DNA of 64,000 nt from an uncultured Nitrososphaerota archaeon (GCA_963799845.1 CAWCYI010000004.1:672001-736000), one strand, 5' to 3'. Positions 10,642 to 21,572 are shown, counted from the stretch's first letter. Notes: generated by a model from the sequence alone, not told the origin. Translations and numbers: made by a program.

Positions 10642-11070
10642 TCAGTGTTCTCGGTATGACATTATGTCGATTGACTTGATCGGCTTCACTTTGATGAGTA
10701 TCCGAGGGAATCGCATCAACGAATCATACTGGTCTTTGACGCTTTCCTTGTCGACATATTTTCTAACAATTTGCAGCGTTATCCCTTTGATATTTTGCTT
10801 CGTAAGGACCGCTTCTCCCTCGACGATAACACCTTCGTAGGGTAAATTGTCAGAGTCGATCACTAGGGCTACATTTGGATTTTTCTTGATTGCTCTAACC
10901 TTCAATCTGTCCTCCGCCGTCGAAATCCAGAAATGATTTCTTGACCACAGATACCAGACAGAAGAGATGTGCGGCTTTCCATCCAGAACAACAGCAAGTC
11001 TCAGCAGCTTGGGAGGGTCACGGATAAGAAAATCCTCCGTTGCCTTATCCTTCAGATTTACCTTGACCAA
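10642..11070 (-). CDS. Pyridoxamine 5'-phosphate oxidase-like split-barrel flavin/F420-binding protein
   Basis: LAVVLDGKPHISSVWY, KVRAIKKNPNVALVID, GVIVEGEA. Confidence 0.88.
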   Translation of the reverse strand: MVKVNLKDKATEDFLIRDPPKLLRLAVVLDGKPHISSVWYLWSRNHFWISTAEDRLKVRAIKKNPNVALVIDSDNLPYEGVIVEGEAVLTKQNIKGITLQIVRKYVDKESVKDQYDSLMRFPRILIKVKPIKSIDIMSYREH

Positions 11071-11158
11071 TTTTATTCCGTCGCTTGCCGTCGGCCTTGC
11101 TTGCCGATTTCATGCATTCAATAACCATTGTAGCCGAAACTGGGGGAACTTTCTTCAT

Positions 11159-11398
11159 CTATTCCTTCTTGGACTGATCTTTGGGTTTTGAACCAATTCT
11201 TGTCATAATGACGCTAACCTGATATCGCTCGCCATTATCAAGCGGAATTTTATCACTCCCATAGAATCCATCGCTGCCGGATGAGAACTTCTTAAACGAT
11301 AACGGTATTTCCCTTAAAATTCTCTTCTCGCTGTTTGCGTCCTCCTCAAATACAACACGTATTCTTCTTTTCTTGCCTTGTTTGTCTTCTTCTGACAT
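11159..11398 (-). CDS. Small conserved-type hypothetical protein
   Basis: 79 aa from ATG 11398, with KKFSSGSDGFYGSDKI...YQVSVIMTRIGSK. Confidence 0.6.
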   Translation of the reverse strand: MSEEDKQGKKRRIRVVFEEDANSEKRILREIPLSFKKFSSGSDGFYGSDKIPLDNGERYQVSVIMTRIGSKPKDQSKKE

Positions 11399-11779
11399 TG
11401 TTGATTTTTTACACACCCGATACGAATTATTTTCAACAGGAACCTAACGGGGACTAAAAATCTTTCATTTTGTTTGTTCTCTGATCCAGATGGCACGAAG
11501 AAAAAGTTTTGATCTTAAAGCAGAGTTTGACTATTCAAATGTGGATTACATTATCCGATTGAAGAATCTCGAGGTCTTGGAATGCTCAAAGATGATTCCA
11601 TCCACTCTGCAGTTCGGGGCGGTCCTATTTTCTCAAAATGCCTTGAATGTAGGCATCGGACCAAATGCCCGATTCATTTAGACACCCATCTTTGAACAGA
11701 TTTCTCTCAGTGATTTCAGGAAAAGAACATTAACCAACAAAGATTTTGGTAGTGGCTTGACAGCAGTTCCTTTCGCTTT

Positions 11780-12649
11780 TTGAATGTGTGGATCTTTGTG
11801 ATTTCAGATTACTGGTGCTGCATCGTAACCAGAGATGGAGCAGAAACCATCGGGGCCACAATCGACTCGATTATCTCTCAAACCGCATCCCCCAGATACA
11901 TAGTGGTCGTAAACGACGGTTCTACCGACAACACCGAAAAAATCTTAGTTGCAAAATCGAGCGTATTTCCTGGTATCCACACGGTTAACACTGGATCTAG
12001 AACGAGGGACATCCGAAGGGTTCCAAGGCTCTTGAATCTTGGATTAGATTTTTCAAAGAATAGAGAATTGCCAAGAACTCGCTATATGATGGTCTCAGGG
12101 GACGACAACAAGCTTTCAGTGAATTACTCCGAAAAAATGATGGAAAGAATGGACGAAGACCCGAAGCTCGTTGTTGCTTCAGGCGACTGGCTGTCATCGC
12201 GTGGAAGAAGGGGAGATCAGATGCCACACGGCGGGGGAAGGTTCGTCAAGACATCCTACATTGAGAGAATAGGGGGTAGGTATCCAGTCGCATACGGGTG
12301 GGAGACATGGCTGCTTTACAAGGCAATGCAGCTAGGCTATAGGGTGAAACTCTTCCCCGATCTCAGATATGAGCACCTGCGTCCCTTTCGCCCCAAAAAC
12401 CTCCTGGGCTGGGGCAGGGCTATGTACAGCCTGGGCTTCCCAACCTACTTTGTACTTTTGAGGTTCCTGATCAACTTCTTCTACTCAGGCAGGGGAACTC
12501 AGACAAGGGAGGCCGCCGTAACAATGCTCGCCGGGTTTATGTCGGCAAAAATAAACCCCGAAGCTCTCAGCGACATGTTAATCGAAGACAAGGGACTCAA
12601 AACCTTTGTAAGGTACTTTTGCACGTCGAGGCTGACCAGACTCATTTGA
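11780..12649 (+). CDS. GT2 glycosyltransferase
   Basis: VVVNDGSTDNT, SGDD DxD-like motif, GWET. Confidence 0.9.
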   Translation: MNVWIFVISDYWCCIVTRDGAETIGATIDSIISQTASPRYIVVVNDGSTDNTEKILVAKSSVFPGIHTVNTGSRTRDIRRVPRLLNLGLDFSKNRELPRTRYMMVSGDDNKLSVNYSEKMMERMDEDPKLVVASGDWLSSRGRRGDQMPHGGGRFVKTSYIERIGGRYPVAYGWETWLLYKAMQLGYRVKLFPDLRYEHLRPFRPKNLLGWGRAMYSLGFPTYFVLLRFLINFFYSGRGTQTREAAVTMLAGFMSAKINPEALSDMLIEDKGLKTFVRYFCTSRLTRLI

Positions 12650-13284
12650 TAAACTACAAACGCTTCCTCATGCTCGCTCCCCATACGGACGACGTGGAGC
12701 TCGGATGCGGCGGTACAATTGCCAGATTCTTGGAAGATAATTCAGACATTTACGTGGTGGTTTTTTCAACCGCAGAAAAATCGGTCCCAAAGGGTTTCCC
12801 GACAACCGCGATCAAGGACGAATTCTATCGTGCAATGTCGATTCTGGGTGTCAAAGAAGAGAATCTGATCGTTTTCAATTACGAAGTCAGGACTCTTTCC
12901 TACCATCGCCAGGAAGTGCTCGACGAGCTGATATCGCTCCGAAAAACAATCAAGCCAGACATGGTTTTTCTTCCATCCGGAGAAGATCTCCACCAGGACC
13001 ACCAGACGGTTTTCCACGAAGGCTTGCGTGCCTTCAAAGAAATAACTCTCTGGGGATACGAGCTCCCCTGGAACACTATAACTTTCCCTACGAGAGGGTT
13101 TGTCACTCTTGAGGAAAGGCACATCATGAAAAAGTGGAAGGCGCTTCAAGCCTACAGAACCCAGTTTGCCGCAAAGAGGCCGTATTTCACGCTCGACTAT
13201 GTCAAAGGTCTCGCCAAGGTGCGAGGTATCCAGGTGAAGGCGAAATACGCTGAAGCCTTCGATACAATAAGGACGAAGTGGTGA
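12619..13284 (+). CDS. PIG-L/LmbE family N-deacetylase (true start probably near 12646)
   Basis: APHTDDVELGCGG, HQDH, LAKVRG, AEAF. Confidence 0.92.
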   Translation: MHVEADQTHLINYKRFLMLAPHTDDVELGCGGTIARFLEDNSDIYVVVFSTAEKSVPKGFPTTAIKDEFYRAMSILGVKEENLIVFNYEVRTLSYHRQEVLDELISLRKTIKPDMVFLPSGEDLHQDHQTVFHEGLRAFKEITLWGYELPWNTITFPTRGFVTLEERHIMKKWKALQAYRTQFAAKRPYFTLDYVKGLAKVRGIQVKAKYAEAFDTIRTKW

Positions 13285-13289
13285 AATTC

Positions 13290-14366
13290 AAATTTCTCTC
13301 CCTAACGTCCTAAATGTTCTCCTGACCGGAATTGGCGCGCCCGGAACTAGAGGTACTCTCTACGCTCTGAGACAAAACGTCGATGGCATGAAAATCAAAG
13401 TAACAGGAGTAGATTTGAAGCATGATGTAATCGGAAAGTACTGGGTCGACAAGTTTCGCGTCGTCCCAGCCCCAGAGGATGATGATTACGTAGACAGAAT
13501 TAACGAGATCTGCTCAAATGACGACATCGACGTTGTAATTGCCCAGACAACTCGTGAAACGGCGAAACTTTCCAAGACCTCCGAGGAGATCGATGCCGAA
13601 GTGGTCGTCTCAAGCGCGTCTGCGGTTGAACGAGCGAACAACAAGTACCGAGCTTTTGAAAGTATGCAAGGAACTAGACGTTCCAATACCGGAATCTCAT
13701 CTAATTAGATCCAATGAAGGCTTGATCCAAGCCGCAAGAGAGTTAGGTTACCCTTCGAAAGCGGTGGTCGTAAAACCACCGGTGAGCTTTGGGAGCCGAG
13801 GGTTTAGAGTACTTCGAGAGGGTACTTCTTGGACTACCAAGAAGTTTCTAACTGAAAAACCGAACGCAACCGATATCACTCTTGATGATCTGATTGAGAT
13901 CTTGTCGCGAGACGATCAGAGTGGTTTTCCCGAACTGATGGTCTCGGAGTATCTCCCCGGAAGCGAATATTCGGTCGACGCTTTCATGGGCAAGAAAGTG
14001 GCGGTAGCGATTCCAAGGCTGAGGAAGGAAGTAGTGAACGGGATCAGTTTCAGGACTTCTCTGGATTACAGAAAAGACATCATGGAAAACACGCTAAAGA
14101 CGGCAAGAGAGCTTGGTCTCAGTTATGCTTTCGGTTTCCAGTTCAAGCTGGACGAAGAGGGCGTGCCAAAAGTGCTTGAATGCAACCCACGTGTGCAAGG
14201 CACGATGGTGGCCAGTCTTTTCAGCGGGGTGAATGTAATCTGGATGTCCGTGAGAGAGGCGATTCATCAACCAATAGACAGCATCCCAAAGACACTCCAA
14301 AAGTCAGAGTTCTACAGGTACTGGGGAGGGGTCTCTGTTACAGATTCAGAAACGCGGGAAATATGA
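13290..14366 (+). CDS. ATP-grasp protein (CarB-like sugar-modifying ligase), one frameshift near 13649; start approximate
   Basis: Frame upstream of 13388 reads NVLLTGIGAPG. An extra C in AACAAGTACCGAG shifts it into the frame with VVKP..SFGSRGF, EYLPGSEYSVD, LECNPR. Confidence 0.85.
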
Positions 14367-14474
14367 CGCTGCCATCGACATAATTTATCCTCCTTCCTGC
14401 TTGGCAGCTTTCACTACAGAAGGTTCGAATAAACCAATATACTCGCAATTGAAGTAGCTGACTACGGTTCGAAG

Positions 14475-16072
14475 TTGGAGGGAATGAGGCGTTTCTGGCT
14501 CCGCTGGTTCCGAAGTCGCTAGGCAATCAGTCAAATCAAGTGTGATTCTGCTTGCTGGATCATTCATTTCCAATCTTCTGCTACTGCTAAACGTTCTAAT
14601 CGTCGCCCGTCTTCTGGGTCATGATCTATACGGGGAGTACACCCTTTCCATCTCTCCAGCAACAATTTTTATTCTCTTTTCAGGCCTGGGCGTCAACACT
14701 GCCATAACTAGATTCGCGGCGTACCACCTCTCTCGCGGAGAAGTAGAAGAAGCAAAGAGAAAAACAACCAACGGAATAAGGTTCCTATTGCTTTTGGGCG
14801 CAGCACTTACCGCCGCTTGTTATCTCTCTGCCCCGTTCATTGCTAACACAATTTTCCACAGACCCTTGCTAGAACCAGACATTCGTCTCTCCTCGCTTGC
14901 GGTGATCGGCCAAATAGCATTGCAGTGCGGAATTGCATCTTTGGTGGGCTGGTCCCTACCGAAACAAGCCGGAGCAACCTACATAATCCAAGGAGCGGTC
15001 AAGGTCGGCCTGGCTCCTGCCCTAATTTTGTTGGGGTTTGGGATCTTCGGAGCAGTTTCGGCTCAGGTATCAAGTCTATTGGCCGCGGCTTGCTATGCGA
15101 TAGTTGGATTATATTTTGTCAAGCTCGGTGGCGTAAAGCAAGCAGCTGGATTCAGAAATTTCCTATTAGATGTGAAGGGTTTAATCAGGTACGGTTTACC
15201 TTCAGAGATAGGGCAGTACTTTTCGAATTTCGCGAGTCAGAACTTCGTAACTATTGTACTGGGTGTGTTTACTTCAAATGCTACCGTTGGATACTTTCAA
15301 GCTGCTACAGGAGTCACTGCCATCATCTCCATAATCTCAACTTCCCTCAGCTCTTTCCCTGTTCGCTGGATTTTCCAGCCTTCACGGCCAGAATAAGGAT
15401 ACCGGACTCGCATTTGTTTATGCAGTGAAGTACGTTGCATATGTAGGGGCACCCTTCGTTTTCTTTCTCATTGCCGCGGCAGGTCCAATCATCCGAGTAG
15501 TGTTCGGAACCGGTTACGTCTCGGCTGCTCCTCTGCTTGCTCTTATTTCCTTCTCGAACATCCCGATGATAATTGGGCAATCAGTTTTCGTGCCGTACTT
15601 TAACGGAATCGGAAAAACGAGATTTACCATGTATGCGCTTATAGCCGATGGCTTGGCAGCGCTTGTCCTCGCACCGATACTGGGAATGTATTATGGAGCC
15701 TACGGAGTAACATTTGCACTCCTTGGATCAAATCTCGCTTCAGGAGTTGTAGCTTTATACCTCGCAAAGAAATATCTTAACACAAAGATAGATTATAGAT
15801 CGAGTTTTCTCGCTCTCAGTGCTTCAATAATATGTGCTGGGATCGCCTACGCTTCGGGCCTTCTGAATTCATCCAGTTCGCTAATTCCCAGTTTGATAAT
15901 TCTGGTCATCCAATTTATCGTATTCTTTGGACTTTACCTTTTGCTCGCTCCGCTATTTTCAGTAGTTAAGAAGGATGATATTGTCAGACTGAGCGCGGCA
16001 ACAAAAGGGATGGGCATTTTTAGCAAATTGTTTCGGATCTTGCTACAGATTGAGGATAAGCTCGCAAGATGA
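14475..16072 (+). CDS. Wzx-type flippase (MOP family), frameshifts near 14485 and 15350
   Basis: EVARQSVKSSVILL...IVARLLGHDLYGEY...VGYFQAA continues into the 15425 frame (FGTGYVSAAPLL, GIGKT); about 14 TM segments in total. Confidence 0.85.
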
Positions 16073-16284
16073 TTCTTCACTTTCGTCATATACGTTTTCG
16101 AGATTTGAGGATGATTCTCTTCGGCATGTTTGTAAGAAATCCCGCAGATATTCTCGGATTCGAACAAGGGCTGTTAACCTTCTCGGACTATCTCAATCTA
16201 AATTTCTTCCGAAGGCAGTAACGCCTGCCCTCAAGTCTGCTACAAACTTGAAATAGGCGAAATTCGATTTAGGTAAAATATCCA

Positions 16285-17232
16285 TTGCCCACAAAAGTGC
16301 TCTTGACCGGTACCACTGGCTTTATTGGCTCCCATCTGGCTCCTCGACTACAGGAACTAAACTATGATGTTTACTCGCTCGAGAGGTACGTGACTGGAAG
16401 ACCGAGTTCAAATCACGGCTTCAAAACGGTCTTCGCTGATCTCCGTGATTACTTTCAAGTGCAACGAGCCGTCAAAGAAACCTCAGCGGAAATCATCATC
16501 CACCTCGCGTCTATATCTCCAGTGAGCTACAGCTACGAGAATCCGTTTGAAGTGCAGGAGACAAATTATATGGGTTCGGTTTTTCTTGCCGAAGCTGCGC
16601 TGCGCAATCTGCCGCTGCTCAAGCAGTTCATATTCGCCTCAACTTCTGAGACTTACGGAAATACTCAGACTCCGATGAGTGAAGAAAAAGTGCAGTTCCC
16701 CAATTCTCCATACTCGGTCTCAAAGGTCGCGGCGGAAAAGTACCTGTTCTATCTCAATCATGCTTACAAATTCCCGGCTACGATCCTGAGGCCGTTCAAC
16801 ACTTACGGCAGAAAGAAGGATACGCACTTTTTTATCGAGAAGACAATCACGCAGATGCTTCAATCTGACGTGGTTAAACTGGGCAATCCTGATGCAGTTC
16901 GAGACTTTTTGTATATTGATGACCACATTCAGGGTTACCTCGCAGCTCTTGAAAATCAGGATTCAATCGGTGAGGCGATCAACCTGTGTACTGGAAAGCC
17001 GTACAGCTTAGCGGACGTGATAAAACTTGCAAAGGAAATTACGGGGTTCAACGGAAAAATTCAATGGAGAACGATTCCAGAGAGGCCGCTTGACATCAAG
17101 GAGCTCTGGGGAACAAATGCGAAGGCGAAACGAATCCTCAACTGGTCACCCAGTGTAACTCTTGAGCAAGGGCTGAAACTAACCGCGGAATATTGGAAAA
17201 AGGCCGTGGTCTCAGAGGTCGCCAAGTCTTGA
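16285..17232 (+). CDS. NAD-dependent sugar-nucleotide epimerase/dehydratase
   Basis: TGTTGFIG, STSETYG, YSVSK, RPFNTYG, RDFLYIDD. Confidence 0.93.
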   Translation: MPTKVLLTGTTGFIGSHLAPRLQELNYDVYSLERYVTGRPSSNHGFKTVFADLRDYFQVQRAVKETSAEIIIHLASISPVSYSYENPFEVQETNYMGSVFLAEAALRNLPLLKQFIFASTSETYGNTQTPMSEEKVQFPNSPYSVSKVAAEKYLFYLNHAYKFPATILRPFNTYGRKKDTHFFIEKTITQMLQSDVVKLGNPDAVRDFLYIDDHIQGYLAALENQDSIGEAINLCTGKPYSLADVIKLAKEITGFNGKIQWRTIPERPLDIKELWGTNAKAKRILNWSPSVTLEQGLKLTAEYWKKAVVSEVAKS

Positions 17233-17972
17233 CCGAGCGAAAGCTCGATGTGCTGATAGTAACAAAGAATCCGGAGTTATCCGAGAAATTTCATTCGATG
17301 ATCAACGAGTCGGAGATCCCCACAAATCGGATCATCGTCGAGACCTCGAAGCCTCTGGGACCGGCAAGAGATCGAGCAATCCAGAAGGTTACAACGGAGC
17401 GATTCGTATGGCTTGATGATGATGTCTGGCTGCCCAAAGGCTGGTACTCTAGTCTGATGAAATATTGGACTTCCGAAAAGATCGGTTGGCTGGAGGGCCT
17501 CGCATTGCCGAGCTCGCCAAAATGGTACGCTGATTGGTCCAATTACACTTTCGAAAAGAACCAGCGCACCGTTCAAAAACTGGGCTACAACGAGCGAAGC
17601 TTTAACTGCTGCGCGGTTGTGGTGACTGAGGCCCTGAGCGACTGGCATTATCCTCAAGGCCCCTATCTCGGTTTCGGTTCAGAAGATTTACTGATGAGTA
17701 ATCACGTTACGCGGAAGGGTTACGAAAGATGGAGAGTTCCGTTGAGGGCAGAACACAGGTTAAACTACACTGGTTCGATTTGGAATCACATTTCAAGCGG
17801 ATCGAAGGGACTAGGTAGTCTCAAGGAAAACCATAAGCTGAGCATCGGGATGAAATACGCCGTAACGTGCCTCGGCTCCGGGTGTCTAGCAGCGGTCCAC
17901 ACGAAAAATCCTGAGATTATCCCAAACGCTCTTCACTGGTCGTGGTGCTGGTTCAGAGATCTGGCTTTGTGA
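17229..17972 (+). CDS. GT2 glycosyltransferase
   Basis: TTG overlapping the upstream stop; LGPARDRAI, WLDDDV, SED. Confidence 0.85.
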   Translation: MTERKLDVLIVTKNPELSEKFHSMINESEIPTNRIIVETSKPLGPARDRAIQKVTTERFVWLDDDVWLPKGWYSSLMKYWTSEKIGWLEGLALPSSPKWYADWSNYTFEKNQRTVQKLGYNERSFNCCAVVVTEALSDWHYPQGPYLGFGSEDLLMSNHVTRKGYERWRVPLRAEHRLNYTGSIWNHISSGSKGLGSLKENHKLSIGMKYAVTCLGSGCLAAVHTKNPEIIPNALHWSWCWFRDLAL

Positions 17973-18005
17973 GTTTCAAAGCAATTCTTTCTGTTAGATT
18001 ACACT

Positions 18006-18986
18006 TTAGTCTGGATAGTCTGGATTAGTTATTTTTCTCAGCACTTCTGCCGAAATATTTCCACCCGAGACGATCGCAACCGATTTTTGAGCCCTTTCAC
18101 TGACATTCTCCTTTTTTGATTTCATCAGACCTGCAAACGCCGCGGCTCCCGACGGCTCAGCCAACACGTGCTCCTGCTTGATCAGCTGCCTTGTCGTATC
18201 CAAAATTTCTTCGTCGCTCACGAGAACTATCCTGTCCACATACCTTTTCACGAATTCAAAAGTGATGTCGCCCGGTCGTCTGACCGATAGTCCATCTGCG
18301 ATAGTTTTGCTTTCTTTGATGGTTGCAATCTCGTGTTTTTGAAATGATTCAAACATCGAGGGAGAACCCTCGGGCTGGACTCCAATCACCTTTACTCGGC
18401 CCGACGGTCTTTCAAGTTTAGCGGCAAGAGACACACCGGATATGAGACCGCCTCCGCCAATAGGCACGAAAATATTTTCAACGTCAGGGACATCCTCGAT
18501 GAGCTCCAGCCCGCATGTCCCCTGACCCGTGATTATCTCAAGGTCATTGAAAGGTTGGATGAATTCGTATCCCTCTGACTGTTGAATCTCGTTAGCCTTC
18601 CGTTGTCTCTCATCCTGTTGCTTACCGAAAAGCACGACCTTTGCCCCCAGCGCTTTGATCCAGGCGAGTTTTTCGGGAACTACGTTTTCAGGAAGAACTA
18701 TGGTTGCGTCTATCCCAAGTTTGTTCGCAACATAAGCCACTGCCAATCCATGATTGCCTGAGGAGGCAGTCATGACTCCCTTTCCCAGTCTGTCCTCGGG
18801 CAACGATAGGATCTTGTTTGCAGCCCCGCGTATTTTGAAGGAACGTGTAGGTTGAAAACATTCAAGTTTCAACCAAGCGGAGTCTTCAGAGTAGGACTTG
18901 TAAGTCGGAGTCCTGTATGCATACCCATGTATCCTGGCAGTCGCCCTGGAAATATCCGAGAGCGAAATAGAAAGTTCGAGACTCAT
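18006..18986 (-). CDS. Threonine/serine dehydratase (no ACT domain)
   Basis: SFKIRGA, ASSGNHG, PIGGGGLISG, AEPSGA, SGGN. Confidence 0.93.
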   Translation of the reverse strand: MSLELSISLSDISRATARIHGYAYRTPTYKSYSEDSAWLKLECFQPTRSFKIRGAANKILSLPEDRLGKGVMTASSGNHGLAVAYVANKLGIDATIVLPENVVPEKLAWIKALGAKVVLFGKQQDERQRKANEIQQSEGYEFIQPFNDLEIITGQGTCGLELIEDVPDVENIFVPIGGGGLISGVSLAAKLERPSGRVKVIGVQPEGSPSMFESFQKHEIATIKESKTIADGLSVRRPGDITFEFVKRYVDRIVLVSDEEILDTTRQLIKQEHVLAEPSGAAAFAGLMKSKKENVSERAQKSVAIVSGGNISAEVLRKITNPDYPD

Positions 18987-19000
18987 TTTTTTCTCTCCAG

Positions 19001-19348
19001 TTAACGCCTGAACTTGGTTCCAAATTTCTTGAAAGCAGCGTCGCAGATCGAATCTGGCATTACCTCAAGCGGCACGGCGAACATTACAGTTTGACCAGCC
19101 AACGGCATTGTAACCATTCTGTACTTGTCGCTGACCACGACTGTAAATCTAATGTTTCCCAACTCCTTTGGAAGCGCGTCGGACAATCCCTGGATAACGA
19201 GAGCTTTAATCGTTACTAGAGAATTCACTGGAAGTTTAGCTTCCTTTCCTCTTTCGGATTCTGCGTAACTTACGACCCTTCCAGCGTCGTCGAGGACCGC
19301 ACACCGCAGAATGTCCGGGCTCAGTGCGAGAAATTCGTTCGCATCCAA
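19001..19348 (-). CDS. Roadblock/profilin-fold-like hypothetical protein of the type common in Nitrososphaerota
   Basis: ILRCAVLDDAG...ELGNIRFTVVVSDKYRMVTMPL pattern; the fold is inferred. Confidence 0.55.
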   Translation of the reverse strand: MDANEFLALSPDILRCAVLDDAGRVVSYAESERGKEAKLPVNSLVTIKALVIQGLSDALPKELGNIRFTVVVSDKYRMVTMPLAGQTVMFAVPLEVMPDSICDAAFKKFGTKFRR

Positions 19349-19501
19349 GTTCGTTACTGGAACCCGATTTCCTTGCCACTATTAATCCTTGACTTGATAG
19401 AAGCTCAAATCGCTTCGAGCAAATAAGGTCAAAAACAACAACGGAATAAAGTCAAAATCACGTTTTGAAAGGAGGGCGACAAAAGCAAAATCGAATGCGC
19501 C

Positions 19502-19627
19502 CTATAGATATCCTTCGTCTTCGTTTAGAAAAGGCAAAAGCTTCTTCAGTCTTTCATGGTTAGCAAGGCCCTCGTTCCATCTTTCCGGTACCGAAGTCTT
19601 GCCATGCTTATCAACAGTCTTAGCCAA
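19502..19627 (-). CDS. Possible 41-aa protein
   Basis: TTG-MAKTVDKHGKTSVPERWNEGLANHERLKKLLPFLNEDEGYL, with GAGGTGA upstream. Confidence 0.3.
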   Translation of the reverse strand: MAKTVDKHGKTSVPERWNEGLANHERLKKLLPFLNEDEGYL

Positions 19628-19731
19628 TTGTTTCGCTATACTCAAATCACCTCTCTCCTGCGTAGTTAGTTAGGCCAAAAATAACCATAAGCCTTTATTA
19701 TTGAGTCTATAGAAAGAATAATAGAATATAT

Positions 19732-19758
19732 TGTCTATATACGTTGTCAATATAGACA
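19732..19758. promoter_or_regulatory. Perfect 9-9-9 inverted repeat upstream of the PhoU regulator
   Basis: TGTCTATAT-acgttgtca-ATATAGACA, plus a related GTCTATAG at 19705. Confidence 0.5.
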
Positions 19759-19820
19759 CACCGAATATATGCTTGGACACCAAATCCGAATAGAGTATTG
19801 AGGAAGTAGATAATTCTCCT

Positions 19821-20936
19821 ATGAATCATCCCCAACAGCAGCAGCAAGAGGAAGAGGAAAGAGTGGAAGAGTCACAGGATGTTGATATTGCGCAACCAGG
19901 GGCCCAATCAAAATCAAACCGTGGAGAAACGCGAAGAGTTCAGCTCACCGGCGGCTCGACATTGGTTGTTTCTTTGCCAAGTGACTGGGCAAAGGGTGTG
20001 GGACTAAAAGCCAAGGACGAAGTGTTCATGGTTCCTCAGACGGACATGTCCCTGCTAGTTATCCCAGGTACAAGGGTTGAGAAAACACCAGAAAGGGTAA
20101 TAGAGATCACGCAGAAAGAGGATGAGGACGAGATTCTTAGGGCATTCATAGCTTATTACGTTTCAGGATTTGACGTTGTCCGTCTAAAGTTCAAGACGCC
20201 CCAGCCGGAATTAAGATCAAAACTGAAGGCTCATATTCGACACAAGCTGATTGGGGTAGAGATTGTAGAGGAGACAACAGATAACATTCTCGCCCAGTGT
20301 CTTCACGGGAACGTTGACCTGCCTCTCAAGAAGGCGCTCAGTAGGATGGCCATCATAACGAGTTCCATGCAGTTTGACGCCGTAAAATCCCTTACAAACA
20401 GCGATACTGCTCTGGCTGCTGAAATCATTGATCGCGACGATGAGGTTGATCGGTTTGCTCATTTCATATCAAGACAGCTCAACCTAGCGGTACACAACAG
20501 GGTTATGATTCAAGAGATCGGTCTTGCAACGGCTCAGGATTGCATGAATTATAGAATGATCGTCAAGAGTATTGAGAGAATCGCGGATCATGCTGCCCAG
20601 GTCGCAGGCTCCGAAATACTATTGGATCGCAGGAAAATATCTCCGTCGTTGAACGAACACATCATGAAGCTCAGCAAGCTTTCAAGCGAAGTTTACGATA
20701 ATGCCCTAAGAGCTGTTCACAGTGGTAGCAGCAAAATGGCGAACGATGCCATATTGAAGCTGAAGCAGGTCGCCAAAGAAGAGGAGCTAGCAACCGAGGA
20801 ATTGATATCTTCGAGGCTGGACAACAAGGCGGTCATATCCCTGCGGCTTGCTCTGGAAAGTCTGAGAAGAATAGCCGAGTACTCTTCTGATATATGTGAA
20901 ATTGTGGTTAATATGATGGTGGGCTCTCCGCTATAG
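19821..20936 (+). CDS. phoU: Phosphate uptake regulator, AbrB domain plus two PhoU domains (archaeal type)
   Basis: ETRRVQLTGGSTLVVSLPSDW (AbrB), DDEVDR, ERIADHA, RRIAEYSSDICE. Confidence 0.93.
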   Translation: MNHPQQQQQEEEERVEESQDVDIAQPGAQSKSNRGETRRVQLTGGSTLVVSLPSDWAKGVGLKAKDEVFMVPQTDMSLLVIPGTRVEKTPERVIEITQKEDEDEILRAFIAYYVSGFDVVRLKFKTPQPELRSKLKAHIRHKLIGVEIVEETTDNILAQCLHGNVDLPLKKALSRMAIITSSMQFDAVKSLTNSDTALAAEIIDRDDEVDRFAHFISRQLNLAVHNRVMIQEIGLATAQDCMNYRMIVKSIERIADHAAQVAGSEILLDRRKISPSLNEHIMKLSKLSSEVYDNALRAVHSGSSKMANDAILKLKQVAKEEELATEELISSRLDNKAVISLRLALESLRRIAEYSSDICEIVVNMMVGSPL

Positions 20937-20941
20937 AGAGT

Positions 20942-21124
20942 CTACTGTTTGGACATTTCCTTTTTCTCGGAAGCCAGATATACTTTGAAGCACTCCGGAT
21001 TGTCGTAGACGTGATCCAGATATTCGTCCGGAGTGAACTCTTTGTTGCACGCCTTACACAGCCGTAAACCAGTCGTGACTGGCTTCGTTGTACGCTCGCT
21101 TCCGCTAGACACTAGATTCACCAA
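20942..21124 (-). CDS. Small C2HC-type zinc-finger protein
   Basis: CKAC...YLDHVYDNPEC. Confidence 0.55.
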   Translation of the reverse strand: MVNLVSSGSERTTKPVTTGLRLCKACNKEFTPDEYLDHVYDNPECFKVYLASEKKEMSKQ

Positions 21125-21317
21125 TTCTATGAATGGAAAGGTAAAATGGGGTTCGGCTTCTTTAGAGTTGCTGTAGAATTTTCAATAATAGTGTGCCATT
21201 AATAAAATATCTATACCTTTCAGCTGTCTTTGGGAATTTTGACGAGAACCATAGTTCGAGTTACTGCATAATAGTGAGCTTATTGGTCATTAAACCAGTG
21301 ATTGAAGATGGTAAAGT

Positions 21318-21572
21318 ATGCTACAGGGAATATGGATAATCATTGATGCTGCTTTTTCATTTTTACTCATTGGTCTATTTGTCTCACTGACAGCATATCT
21401 CTCTGATCCAAAAAGAACTTTAATGTGTAATATTAGTCACAAGAAAGGCGATGTATTTCTTGGCAATTCGATCAATAATTTCGATGATCGTTTGATGATC
21501 TATGATGACTATGAAACCAAGTGTCTTCGATGCGGAATTAACTTTGGATTTAAAAGCGTGAGAGTGAATTAG
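21318..21572 (+). CDS. AT-rich virus-like small protein (TM helix plus C..H..CxxC)
   Basis: Hydrophobic N-terminus, LMCNISHKK...KCLRCG. Confidence 0.5.
   Translation: MLQGIWIIIDAAFSFLLIGLFVSLTAYLSDPKRTLMCNISHKKGDVFLGNSINNFDDRLMIYDDYETKCLRCGINFGFKSVRVN

Noticed and set aside
19833-19860. QQQQQEEEE (CAG/CAA/GAA run) at the PhoU N-terminus, considered as a contingency repeat
   Set aside because: It is a short, mixed-codon, in-frame low-complexity leader.
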